NCBI RefSeq assembly: GCF_021295345.1
Contig: NZ_JAIMJB010000006.1
Span: 25,892-89,891, forward strand
Origin: Motilimonas eburnea
Lineage (GTDB): Bacteria > Pseudomonadota > Gammaproteobacteria > Enterobacterales > CBDFNC01
Direction of reading: 5' to 3'
DNA length: 64,000 nucleotides
Shown: positions 39,112 to 48,818 of the stretch, piece by piece
How positions within the stretch are numbered: position 1 is the stretch's first letter
Layout: every line of letters starts with the position of its first letter
Notes under the pieces: generated by a model
Seen by the model: only the letters and a program-made list of their open reading frames with translations
Database searches by the model: none
Told to the model about the DNA's origin: nothing
Program-made: the position numbers and the translations under genes

Positions 39112-41955
39112 ATGAGCAAGGTGCTTGCTTGGCAAAAAGCTGTTTCAGGGAAATTTATGCTAGACCGGAGTTGTCGAAATCTCATCCGCTATTATCGAGC
39201 TTGTTACCAAGCCGACAATCGAGATTTAACTCTATTTAATGTTTATCACCGTGATTGTGAGTACACTCGCTTTATGCAAGGGCGAGAAACCCTGATCAGC
39301 AATGATATTCCTCGCCTGCCCTTAGCAAAAAGCTATGGCGAAACCCTGTATCAAGCGCAAAACACCTACCAAAGAGAAAAGACCTTACTTTATTGCAGCT
39401 TTTTTTTGCTCGGTAAGTTACCTTCGAGTTACCCCGGAAAACGCAAGGTGTGCGCACCGCTACTCTATTATCATGCTCAAGTCAGCATAGATAACAATGA
39501 GTACTATCTCAGCATAGATAAAAGTAAGCCCATCGTTAACTGGCCCTTATTGCGCTGGGCGTTAGCGGAAGGCAAACAGCCAAATGAGCCGGAGTTTATC
39601 ACTCAGGGCATCACCGAACTTGATGTGGCTAAACTGAGCCACTGGCTGAGTTCAATGAGCGATAAGATAAATTGCCTTGAATTATATCATTACCCCAATT
39701 TGACCAGTGAAGATGACATTGAGGCTAAACAGCATCAGGAAGGCGAATTTAACCTCGTCTCGGCTTCTGCGATCACCTTAGTCAAATACTCACTGGCTTC
39801 GCGGGGGATCTTACACGATCTCAAGGCGATGGCGGTCTCTTCCTACCTGCCACAATCGGTCAATATGCTACTCACGGGAGCACAACAAGCCACATCATAC
39901 CCTCGCCAATCATCAACCAGCGCACCCTCAACAGGGCGAGAATACCTCAGTGGTTTAACCGCAGCCGATCCCGATAATATTCCCGCATTACTCAGCCATG
40001 CCCAACGCCAAGCCTTGATCAATGCAGCACGTTTTCCTGTTAGCCAAATTGTTGGGCCACCGGGCACGGGCAAATCCTATACCATTGCCTGTTTAGCCCT
40101 AGAGCGCTATCTACAAGGTGAGTCGGTATTGGTGGTGGGACAAAACAATGAAAGCGTAAACATTGTTGGCGACAAAATAGAGGCCATGCTGGGCCAACAA
40201 GATTTTGTCGTACGAGTGGGTGATGCCAGTTATCACAAAAAATTAAAGCGCTATTTAAAAGACCTGCTCAGTGGCTACCTGACCCAACAAGAAAACCGAG
40301 CTAAGCAACATGGCAGTGAAAGCCTACTCAAGCAAAAACAAAAGATGCAGCGCCTCGAGAAGCAATTTGCCAAACGCTGTCAAAAAGCCATTCGTTACGG
40401 CATGCACACCTGGAAAGCGCAGCAACATGACTCGCTATGGAACCGCTTTAATGCATGGCGTGCAAAACGAGCCACCCTCAAACAAGATATTTTGTTTGAC
40501 GTATTTGCCGAGATAACCAAACAACAGCGTATTCGACACCTGGCCCTAGGCCATTATATTAGCCAAAGCCGTCGGCGACGCTTGCACCATGTGCTCAATC
40601 ACCACCGCGCGCAATTGAATCGATTTCGCGAAGCAATCAACGCCACCAATTCAAGTGAGCAAGCCAGCCGATTTGACACCATTGATTACCCCATTCTACT
40701 CAAGGCGATGCCGGTGTGGCTGGGCACCTTAGGTGACTTGCATCGAAGCTTGCCATTAAAAGCGGAATTGTTTGATTTGGTCATCATCGACGAAGCCAGC
40801 CAATGTGATATTGCCAGTACCTTGCCGGCCGTGTTTAGAGCTAAGCATGTCGTCATCGTAGGCGATGATAAGCAACTTAGGTTTATTTCGTTTTTATCTA
40901 AGGACAAGCAAGGGAAATTGCAATCGCGCTATGATTTATCAAACCAAACGGGTGAGTTCGATTATCGTAATGTCAGTGTGTTAGACCTAGCTAACCGTCA
41001 TATCAAGCAGCAACAGGCGATTGTTGTATTAGATGAACACTTTCGCAGCAAAAGTGCATTGATTGATTTTAGTAACCGTAAGTTTTACCACCAGCAGCTC
41101 AAAGTGATGCGCCATAAACCGGGCAATAACACGGACTATCCTTTATCGATAGTGCCTTGCCAAGGACAATATAAAAATGGCAAAAACCAACAAGAAGCGC
41201 TAGATGTCATGGCGTTTTTGCAGACCAAGCTACATCAACAGAGCGCCATGGGTTTACACTCCAGTATCGGCATTCTATCGCCTTTTCGTGAACAGACCAT
41301 GCTGTTGCAAAAGCTATTACCTCGGTATGCCACGCCCGACCAAATCAATCATCATCGCATAAAAATTGAAACCCCTTATGGTTTCCAAGGCGAAGAGCGC
41401 GACATCATACTACTGAGTATGTGTGTGGATGAACAAAGCAGCGGCCATCAATTTCGATATATCAATCGCCCTGATGTGTTTAACGTTGCGGTGACGCGCG
41501 CACGCGACGAACAATATGTTTTTTTATCAAGTCGGCCGCACCGTTTACCTTCACAATCGCTGTTATTTGAATACATCCACAGTATCGAACGGAATCATCA
41601 ATACGCGTTAGATGAAAACAACGATTTTGATGCCTTTCAGGCCGAAGTATCCCGATTGTTGACCTTAAATGGCATTAACACATGGAAAAACTACCCCATA
41701 GCAGGGGCAGAGCTTGATTTAATGTGCGAGTATGGAGATAAAACCTTAGCCATCGACTTGATTGGCTACCCAGGCGAATCTCAGGACTACTACCACCTCA
41801 GCCGCTACCAAATTTTTCAACGTGCTGGCCTAACCTTATATCCCCTGACCTATACTCGCTGGGTTAACCAAAAACACCGAGTATTAAAACAAATAATCCA
41901 ACTATTGGGGGCCAGCGAAACGGGCTTGACCAGTCAGGAAAACAGCATTTACTGA
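39112..41955 (+). CDS. Upf1/DNA2-like superfamily-1 helicase (DUF4011-like N-region, AAA_11/AAA_12 core) with a C-terminal DUF559/PD-(D/E)xK-like nuclease-fold domain
   Basis: Motif I GPPGTGKS (nt ~40054). Motif II VIIDEASQ (nt ~40780). Motif III VVIVGDDKQL. Motif V ILSPFREQ. Motif VI VAVTRAR. The C-terminal ~130 aa (...ELDLMCEYGDKTLAIDLIGYPGE...RYQIFQRAGLTLYPLTYTRW) resembles DUF559. Confidence 0.85.
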   Translation: MSKVLAWQKAVSGKFMLDRSCRNLIRYYRACYQADNRDLTLFNVYHRDCEYTRFMQGRETLISNDIPRLPLAKSYGETLYQAQNTYQREKTLLYCSFFLLGKLPSSYPGKRKVCAPLLYYHAQVSIDNNEYYLSIDKSKPIVNWPLLRWALAEGKQPNEPEFITQGITELDVAKLSHWLSSMSDKINCLELYHYPNLTSEDDIEAKQHQEGEFNLVSASAITLVKYSLASRGILHDLKAMAVSSYLPQSVNMLLTGAQQATSYPRQSSTSAPSTGREYLSGLTAADPDNIPALLSHAQRQALINAARFPVSQIVGPPGTGKSYTIACLALERYLQGESVLVVGQNNESVNIVGDKIEAMLGQQDFVVRVGDASYHKKLKRYLKDLLSGYLTQQENRAKQHGSESLLKQKQKMQRLEKQFAKRCQKAIRYGMHTWKAQQHDSLWNRFNAWRAKRATLKQDILFDVFAEITKQQRIRHLALGHYISQSRRRRLHHVLNHHRAQLNRFREAINATNSSEQASRFDTIDYPILLKAMPVWLGTLGDLHRSLPLKAELFDLVIIDEASQCDIASTLPAVFRAKHVVIVGDDKQLRFISFLSKDKQGKLQSRYDLSNQTGEFDYRNVSVLDLANRHIKQQQAIVVLDEHFRSKSALIDFSNRKFYHQQLKVMRHKPGNNTDYPLSIVPCQGQYKNGKNQQEALDVMAFLQTKLHQQSAMGLHSSIGILSPFREQTMLLQKLLPRYATPDQINHHRIKIETPYGFQGEERDIILLSMCVDEQSSGHQFRYINRPDVFNVAVTRARDEQYVFLSSRPHRLPSQSLLFEYIHSIERNHQYALDENNDFDAFQAEVSRLLTLNGINTWKNYPIAGAELDLMCEYGDKTLAIDLIGYPGESQDYYHLSRYQIFQRAGLTLYPLTYTRWVNQKHRVLKQIIQLLGASETGLTSQENSIY

Positions 41956-42494
41956 TCGCCTTGTAATAAATCGGGTGATAAAGACACCGAGCCTGACTCC
42001 GTGCTCACTAGCACTTCCCCATCTTGAACGGACACTTGCACATCCATGGTTTTTTGAAACAACTGGGCTAGCGCTTGCGTTTGCTCATAGGCAAGGTTGT
42101 ATACCGTCAGCTTAGGCAATTTAGCGAGTTGCTTTTGGTTTTGTTGCCACCAAATATCTGCACTGCCGCCGCCATAACTGTAAAGCACGACTTGTTTAGA
42201 TCTGGCGCAAGCTTTTTTCAAACGCTTCTCTTCTGGTGTGCCCAGTTCCACCCATAATTCAATGTCATCCGTTAAAGATTTAGCCCATAACTCAGGCTCA
42301 TCATCGGCACATAGGCCTTTAGTAAACGTGAGGTTATCCCTTGCCTGCAGGGCAAAGGCTAACAATCTAACCATCAAACGCTGGGCATTTTCCGAAGGAT
42401 GCTGAGCCAAGGTTAAATTGTAATCTTGGTATAAATGCGTGTCCATGTTGGCAAGTTGTAACCTTGCCTTGATAATCGTTGCGCCTATTGCCAT
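41949..42494 (-). CDS. yaeQ: YaeQ-family protein
   Basis: 181 aa, colinear with E. coli YaeQ (...QHPSE..R.M.R.LAF...PELW.KSL.D.I.LW.E.G.P...Q.K..V.Y.Y....W...). Convergent with the helicase gene, overlapping it by 7 bp. Confidence 0.85.
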   Translation of the reverse strand: MAIGATIIKARLQLANMDTHLYQDYNLTLAQHPSENAQRLMVRLLAFALQARDNLTFTKGLCADDEPELWAKSLTDDIELWVELGTPEEKRLKKACARSKQVVLYSYGGGSADIWWQQNQKQLAKLPKLTVYNLAYEQTQALAQLFQKTMDVQVSVQDGEVLVSTESGSVSLSPDLLQGDQ

Positions 42495-42564
42495 TTATCA
42501 TTCCTTTTCGCCACGTCCAATGCGGCGTTCTGTTTAAGCTAAGCCAGACTAAGTTAAGCTGACA

Positions 42565-43665
42565 CTAACTTCCTAAAATTTTTAACGGTAGACCTAGCAT
42601 GGCATCGCCAGTGCCAGCTAAGTGCCAAATAATCGCGACAAAGCTTGCCACTGTGGCCACATACCAGATTAAAGAAACCCATTGAGCGTAACGGTTAAGG
42701 GGTAATAAATGGCTTTGATGGCGCATTTTCCATTCCATTAATATCTCAATCGATCCGATTAAGAGTAAAAAGCCTAACAAGGCGAGGCCAAAATGATAGC
42801 TGACCCAAACACCTAGCCCAGCGCCTACCACACAAGCGATCAAGCCAGTTACGCTATTCATTGAGAAACTGATGCTTTTTAAAATATGACCGCCATCTAA
42901 GGGCAACACAGGCAGCAAATTAAATAAATTTAGCAGCGCATTAAAGGCTGCTAATCCAGCAAAAAAGAGGTTGCCCGTTAACCAATAAGCCAGGAGGCAA
43001 GCCAGCGACATGAGCAAGCCAAAAAACGGTCCCATAATCGAGATCACCACATCTTGCCATCGCGTGTTGATTTTTTCATCGCTGAGAGCCAAACCACCCA
43101 AAAAAGGAATTAAATATATGCCTTTGGTTTTCATGCCAAAATACTTCATCGCGCGAATGTGGCCGTATTCGTGAAACACTAAACAGGCTAGCAAAGCCAA
43201 TGCAAACTGAAAGGAAAATAACCAAGAATAAGCAGCAAGGCTAGCGCCAGCAAATGCCACTTTGATCATCTTGGCGCTTTTGAACAGTTTAAACCCTAAG
43301 GACAATAAGCCTAGGGTACTCCATTTCTTTTCTGCGACGATCGGCTGGCTCGGCTGCTGCTTTTCTATGTCCTTTTCATTGCGTTCACCTTGGGCTTTGA
43401 TCATGCCATTACTGGTTAAGCAATAAATTAACTTAAATGGCTGCCAACTTAAGTTAACTTCTAGCTCTACGACTAAGGCGTTGTCGTCTTGGTCGTTAAG
43501 TTCAAATCGATGAGTTTGTAAGGCTCTTTCATTTACCTGCTGTTGTAATGAAGACACCAGCTGCCCTTGCCAATACAGTTTTTGCTCACCATTGGTCGAT
43601 GCTTCTAACCGCAAAGGTTGCTCAAAAAGGGTTAAATTCAGTAATTCCAAAACGGGCGTTCTCAT
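42565..43665 (-). CDS. site-2-protease (M50) family membrane metalloprotease with a ~130-aa N-terminal soluble domain
   Basis: HEYGH zinc motif inside a TM helix and an LPVLPLDGG (LDG) motif. Multi-TM. Confidence 0.7.
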   Translation of the reverse strand: MRTPVLELLNLTLFEQPLRLEASTNGEQKLYWQGQLVSSLQQQVNERALQTHRFELNDQDDNALVVELEVNLSWQPFKLIYCLTSNGMIKAQGERNEKDIEKQQPSQPIVAEKKWSTLGLLSLGFKLFKSAKMIKVAFAGASLAAYSWLFSFQFALALLACLVFHEYGHIRAMKYFGMKTKGIYLIPFLGGLALSDEKINTRWQDVVISIMGPFFGLLMSLACLLAYWLTGNLFFAGLAAFNALLNLFNLLPVLPLDGGHILKSISFSMNSVTGLIACVVGAGLGVWVSYHFGLALLGFLLLIGSIEILMEWKMRHQSHLLPLNRYAQWVSLIWYVATVASFVAIIWHLAGTGDAMLGLPLKILGS

Positions 43666-43838
43666 TGTGACTTAAGATAATTGGCCAGCATTATGCCTAG
43701 TGAGTAAGGAATCGCAATGATTTGCCTGTCGATTAGTCAATTTATCTCACCCTTTAGCAATCGGGGCAAAAAAATATTTAGCTCACAGTGATGTGTTTTT
43801 GACTAAACTAGCAATAAGGTTTTTATCAACAACGCGAA

Positions 43839-46805
43839 ATGGAGTATCCATTGCTAGCAGCGCTATTTTATACCAGTGCAGGGATTTGTTTATTTGCTGC
43901 TATATTCAGTGGCTTTGTCGCACTCTTGAAAGACAAGTCAAACATATTTCTCAACTTCTCATGCATTTGCTTATGTATTGCTGGCTACCAAATCTTTTCA
44001 CTGCACTATTTTCAAGCCGATCAACTCTCCCCAGCCATTGAGCTGTTGCGTTGGCAAGTGTTCTGCGTCTTGTTCATGACCCCTTCCTTTTATGCTTTTA
44101 TTGCTGCCTACACAGGCGCTAAAAAGCAGCGCGCTTTGTTGCTGGCAATCGGCATTATTTGCTGCTTTTTCGCCTACTTAAACTTTACCCAGCCACTTAC
44201 TATTCGCTTCAGTCAGGTCACGGAATTAATCCAAGTTCCCCTGCCTTGGCCTGGGCATATATCCATTATTAAAGGAGAGCTGGCCCTGTGGGGCAAGTTC
44301 ATACACGGCTTATATTGGTTGTTACTTTGCTGGGTGGGCTATCGCAGCTGGCGCCTTTATCAAAAAAAGGAACTCAGGGTCGCCATTTTTTTTAGTGTCT
44401 ACCTAGCGATTCAAATCGTCACTGTGATGGTGGGATTAATGATTGACATTGGCATGGTGCATTTTTTCTATGTGACCGGTTTTTCCTTTGTCATTTTGAT
44501 CATGTTAATGTGTTTTAGCCTAGCCATTGACTTTAAGAACACCAATCACCGCATTTTAGCGCAAACCATTAAGCTGACGACGGAACGACGCCAGCGCCTA
44601 ATGGCACAGAAAAATCTCAATATGATGGCCCAAGTGGTGGATCAGTCCCCCTCTGCCATGATGATCTTAGATCTCAGCGGCCGAGTGATAGAAACTAATC
44701 AAGCGTGCGATGACTTTTGGCAACGCTCCTTGGTATTAGAAAAAGTCAATTTTCTTGATTTCTTATGCCTACTCTACCCCACTAAAAGTCATCTGATCAA
44801 AGAGATCAGTCAACAAGAAAAAATACAATTACCCCCGATTTACATGAATGAAGTGTCGACCCCCTATTTTGCCGCCAGTCGAAAAAAATCCATTCTAACG
44901 TTTAGGCTATTTATTACTCGGGAATACAATCAGGCTAAGCAAATCGTGGTGTCATGCTCCGATGTCACCTCTTCGCAACAGCAAATGCAGGCGATACGTC
45001 ATATTGCCAGTGGGGTGACGACTGGCGAAGGAGGCCATGTTTACCATGATTTGATCACTAACCTAGTGAAGCTGTTTAAAGCCAAGTATGGTTTCATTGG
45101 GTTTATTCAGCCTCAGGATCCACAAGTGATTCGTACCTGCTCCGTTGTGGGGGCGGGCAAAATCATGGGGAACTTCACTTATTCTCTGGTGCATTCGCCT
45201 TGTACTCACTTAACTAAAACGAACATCTGCCACTTTCCACAGCATGCAAAAAAACTATTCCCGCAAGATGACTTAATCAGCAAGATGGACGTTGAGAGTT
45301 ATATCTGCACAAAAATTGTTGATGAAGAGGGACAAACCAAAGGCTACATTGTGCTGATGCACACCGAGCCACTCCATGATGATGCTCAATTACGAGATAT
45401 TTTAGATATCTTCTCCACGCGTGCAGGTACGGAGATGCAACGTAATGAAGCACAAAATAAAATCAGAAAAATGGCGTATGAAGACTACCTTACTCACTTA
45501 CCTAATCGCGCCCTGCTTCTTGAGCATTTAACAGAACAAATCACTCAACATAAATCAAATCAAACTCTGGGATTGATGGTGGTGATGGATCTTGACCACT
45601 TTAAATCCATTAATGATGTGCTGGGGCATGATATCGGTGACAACATTTTACGTTGCATCGCTAAGTTGCTATCCGAACACTGCCTTCACGACTTTTTCAT
45701 CGCGCGACAAGGTGGCGACGAATTTGCGTTAATCAGCCGTAAACCTTGTTTGCATCTAGCCCAATTGACCGAAGCCATGTTCAAGTTAGAAAAGCTCCTC
45801 AATCAGCCGTTACAAGTGGGCGAGCACAAAATAGATTTGGGCGCCAGCTTTGGTGTGTGCCAGTTTCCTACTACCAATGAAAGTGCGCTGGATGTCATCC
45901 GGCATGCAGAGCTGGCCTTATACAAAGCCAAAAGCAGCGGCAGGGGAAGATATAAGATCTATGAACACAGCCTAGAGACGATTGCTCAAGAACGCATGGA
46001 AATGCAACAGGCACTGAAACACGCGATTGCCAATGAGGAGCTCTCACTTTACTTTCAGCCACAACTCGACAGCCAAGGCCAACTATTTGGCACAGAAGTG
46101 TTATTACGCTGGTTTTCACCTCGGTTTGGTTTTGTTTCACCAGCAAAATTTATCCCATTGGCGGAAGAAACGGGTTTGATACACAAAATCGGCGAATGGG
46201 TATTTACGAGTGCATTGAGTAGTTTGCGCCAGTGGCAAACCAACTCGATTCCGTTTCAGGGGCATTTATCTGTTAATGTGTCTGCTTGGCAATTTGCCCT
46301 GCCCCATTTTGCCGAAGACGTCATAAACAAGGTAAAAGCACAAGAAATCTCACCTCATAACTTAATGCTAGAAGTGACAGAAACCGGGCTGCTTGTCGAT
46401 ATCCCTGACACCATACAAAAGCTCTCATTAATCCGTCAATTTGGTATTGAAATCGCCCTCGACGACTTTGGCACGGGCTACTCTTCCATGGCTTACTTAA
46501 AAGAGCTCCCCTTGGATCTCCTTAAAATAGATAAGACATTTATTGACGAACTGGCCCAACACGATCACTCCCCCATCACGGAGTCCATTATTTCTATCGG
46601 TAAGAATATGCAATTAAAAGTCATTGCAGAAGGCGTAGAAACCCTTGATCAAGCCAAGCGCCTCGCTGATTTGGGCTGTCACATATATCAAGGTTATTAT
46701 TTTGCTAAGCCTATGCCAGAACAAGACTTCATTGCTTGGCTGTTTAAACACGGCGAGAAACAGTTACAAGCCAACTCAACGCCTCAGCACCTCAATCGAG
46801 CTTAG
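43839..46805 (+). CDS. multi-TM sensor with PAS-GAF-GGDEF-EAL domains (bifunctional diguanylate cyclase/phosphodiesterase candidate)
   Basis: About 8 N-terminal TM helices, PAS/GAF-like middle, intact GGDEF (RQGGDEFALI), and EAL-domain residues (EVTETG..., DDFGTGYSS, KIDKTFI, EGVET). Confidence 0.85.
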   Translation: MEYPLLAALFYTSAGICLFAAIFSGFVALLKDKSNIFLNFSCICLCIAGYQIFSLHYFQADQLSPAIELLRWQVFCVLFMTPSFYAFIAAYTGAKKQRALLLAIGIICCFFAYLNFTQPLTIRFSQVTELIQVPLPWPGHISIIKGELALWGKFIHGLYWLLLCWVGYRSWRLYQKKELRVAIFFSVYLAIQIVTVMVGLMIDIGMVHFFYVTGFSFVILIMLMCFSLAIDFKNTNHRILAQTIKLTTERRQRLMAQKNLNMMAQVVDQSPSAMMILDLSGRVIETNQACDDFWQRSLVLEKVNFLDFLCLLYPTKSHLIKEISQQEKIQLPPIYMNEVSTPYFAASRKKSILTFRLFITREYNQAKQIVVSCSDVTSSQQQMQAIRHIASGVTTGEGGHVYHDLITNLVKLFKAKYGFIGFIQPQDPQVIRTCSVVGAGKIMGNFTYSLVHSPCTHLTKTNICHFPQHAKKLFPQDDLISKMDVESYICTKIVDEEGQTKGYIVLMHTEPLHDDAQLRDILDIFSTRAGTEMQRNEAQNKIRKMAYEDYLTHLPNRALLLEHLTEQITQHKSNQTLGLMVVMDLDHFKSINDVLGHDIGDNILRCIAKLLSEHCLHDFFIARQGGDEFALISRKPCLHLAQLTEAMFKLEKLLNQPLQVGEHKIDLGASFGVCQFPTTNESALDVIRHAELALYKAKSSGRGRYKIYEHSLETIAQERMEMQQALKHAIANEELSLYFQPQLDSQGQLFGTEVLLRWFSPRFGFVSPAKFIPLAEETGLIHKIGEWVFTSALSSLRQWQTNSIPFQGHLSVNVSAWQFALPHFAEDVINKVKAQEISPHNLMLEVTETGLLVDIPDTIQKLSLIRQFGIEIALDDFGTGYSSMAYLKELPLDLLKIDKTFIDELAQHDHSPITESIISIGKNMQLKVIAEGVETLDQAKRLADLGCHIYQGYYFAKPMPEQDFIAWLFKHGEKQLQANSTPQHLNRA

Positions 46806-46816
46806 TAAGATACAAG

Positions 46817-46849
46817 TGTTGACATCAACATGGATTAACGGCTAAATTT
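46817..46849 (+). promoter_or_regulatory. candidate sigma-70 promoter (-35 TTGACA, -10 CTAAAT) for the cus cluster, with the perfect inverted repeat TGTTGA-CA-TCAACA overlapping the -35
   Basis: Sequence pattern only. Located ~45 bp upstream of the 142-aa ORF that precedes cusC. Confidence 0.3.
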
Positions 46850-46875
46850 ATGATTCTTTCATCAAGGATTGTGTC

Positions 46876-47304
46876 ATGCTGTTATCGCGTTTACACAAAA
46901 TTTGGATTTCATGCTTAGTCATCGCCAGCTTGGCCATGTCTGGCGTGGTTTCTGCCTCGATGATGTCCATGCCAACCATGATGATGGCATCTGCCACCAT
47001 GACAACAAACGATTCTCACCATAGCAATGCTGCAAGTGGCTATGCTGAGAGTAAAGTGGATTGTCATAGTTCAGCCTCAGCTCAAGATCACGTAACACAG
47101 TCCCCAAGCAAAAATAAGAGTCAATCACATTGTGACAAGCTGATGGCCAGTGATTGCTGTCCAGCGGTTTGCGTCAGTCTTGGCCTGCTATCGCCAACCA
47201 CACAACTAATGGCTCGCCAGCCACATCGCAGTAAATTACCAAGCGAAGCCAGCGTAACTGTTATTGCCCGCGCTTCATCTTTATATCGCCCTCCGATTAG
47301 CTAA
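46876..47304 (+). CDS. hypothetical secreted Met/His/Cys-rich protein (candidate periplasmic metal-binding protein) leading the cus cluster
   Basis: Signal peptide, then SMMSMPTMMMASATMTTNDSHH... and a Cys cluster HCDKLMASDCCPAVCVS. No family recognised. Confidence 0.45.
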   Translation: MLLSRLHKIWISCLVIASLAMSGVVSASMMSMPTMMMASATMTTNDSHHSNAASGYAESKVDCHSSASAQDHVTQSPSKNKSQSHCDKLMASDCCPAVCVSLGLLSPTTQLMARQPHRSKLPSEASVTVIARASSLYRPPIS

Positions 47305-47423
47305 TTCCAATACTCCTTTTTCCGCGGCGATAAGCTGCGCGTAAATCGAGTCAAAAATCTATACCCCTGTTGAGCTTGGTTATTTTAAGAATTCCAGCTT
47401 GATTTAACGTATGTTTTTAATGA

Positions 47424-48818
47424 TTGGAAAATACCGTGAAAACAAAACTATCCCTTATAGCGCTCGCGATTTTTGCTAGCTCAGGGTTGCTATCGCCTAC
47501 ATGGGCAAATTCAGCGGCCAAGACGCAAACAAGTGAGAGTCGCAGCGAGGCTAATATTAGCCTTAACCAGCTGATTGAGTTTGCCCTTAACCGCGATGCC
47601 ACACGTGAGCAATTACTCACTCAATCCATGGCCCTTAGAGAAACCGGCGTGGCCAGCGCCAGTTTGATGGATCCCAAGATGAAAGTTGGCATTGGTGGCT
47701 TACCTACCGACAGCTTTCGCTTTGATGATGATCCCATGACGAATGTCTCGATTGGCTTTATGCAGCAATTTAGTCGCGGTGATACCTTGGCATTGCAACA
47801 GCAAAAATTTAATCAACAAGCCGATGGTGTCGAACGTCAACTTGGCGCGCGTGAATTAGAAGTCGCCAATAGCATCACTAAGTTATGGCTTGAGCTAGGC
47901 TATCAACAACAAGCCGCCGAGATCCTCAACCAAAATCGCAGCCTAATGCTAGAAATGGTTGGTTTTATCAACACCAACTACGCCATCGGCAAAGGCGAAA
48001 GCCAAGACCTATTACAAGCACAATTACAAGTCAGCCAACTAGATGAGAAATTACAAGCGAACCACCAAATGCAGCGCCGTATTATGGCGCAGTTATCACA
48101 GTGGTTAGGGCTTGAATGGCTTAAAGATGAACGCCCATTTGTCGCCAGCCATTCATTAAGCTGGCAACAACTAGAGCGCCAACTCAAGCAAGTAGGTCAA
48201 GGCGATGACTTCTACCCCTTGTTACAACATCATCCATTGGTGCAAATGAGCAATAGCAATATTGCCGGCAACGAAACCCAAGTCGCCATTGCCAATGAAG
48301 CCTATAAACCGGAATTTGGCGTTGAGGTGATGTATGCCAATCGCCAAGCCAATGGCATGGGTGGCAAGCCGGCTTCAGACTTAGTGAGTGCTTACCTAAC
48401 CATCGACATTCCACTGTTTACCGGTAACCGCCAAGACCGCAATTACGCTGCGGCGCAATATCAACTTGGCGCCGCCAAATTGCAGCGCGATCAACTATTG
48501 CGACAAATGAACGCTGAGGTCCACGCCCTATTGGTTGACAAACACAACCTCACTGAGCGCATAGCCTTATACCAAGACACCTTAATCAAGCAAGCCAAAG
48601 CCACAACTAAAGCGGTAGAGCGCGGCTATGAAAACAACACCGCACAATTTAACGACGTTATCGCCGCCCTGCGCGCTGAGTTGACCCTAAGCCTAGAGCA
48701 AACCCGTTTGATCACCGATCTCAATATCAGTCAGAGCAATTTAGCCGCCTTATTACAGGGTTTTGAATACCAAGTAGCGCTACCAGAAATAGCAAAACCT
48801 AACGCCAGAATGAAGTGA
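47424..48818 (+). CDS. cusC: outer-membrane efflux factor (TolC/CusC family) of the heavy-metal RND system
   Basis: Signal peptide and two OEP-type repeats. 464 aa. Overlaps the cusB start. Confidence 0.8.
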   Translation: MENTVKTKLSLIALAIFASSGLLSPTWANSAAKTQTSESRSEANISLNQLIEFALNRDATREQLLTQSMALRETGVASASLMDPKMKVGIGGLPTDSFRFDDDPMTNVSIGFMQQFSRGDTLALQQQKFNQQADGVERQLGARELEVANSITKLWLELGYQQQAAEILNQNRSLMLEMVGFINTNYAIGKGESQDLLQAQLQVSQLDEKLQANHQMQRRIMAQLSQWLGLEWLKDERPFVASHSLSWQQLERQLKQVGQGDDFYPLLQHHPLVQMSNSNIAGNETQVAIANEAYKPEFGVEVMYANRQANGMGGKPASDLVSAYLTIDIPLFTGNRQDRNYAAAQYQLGAAKLQRDQLLRQMNAEVHALLVDKHNLTERIALYQDTLIKQAKATTKAVERGYENNTAQFNDVIAALRAELTLSLEQTRLITDLNISQSNLAALLQGFEYQVALPEIAKPNARMK

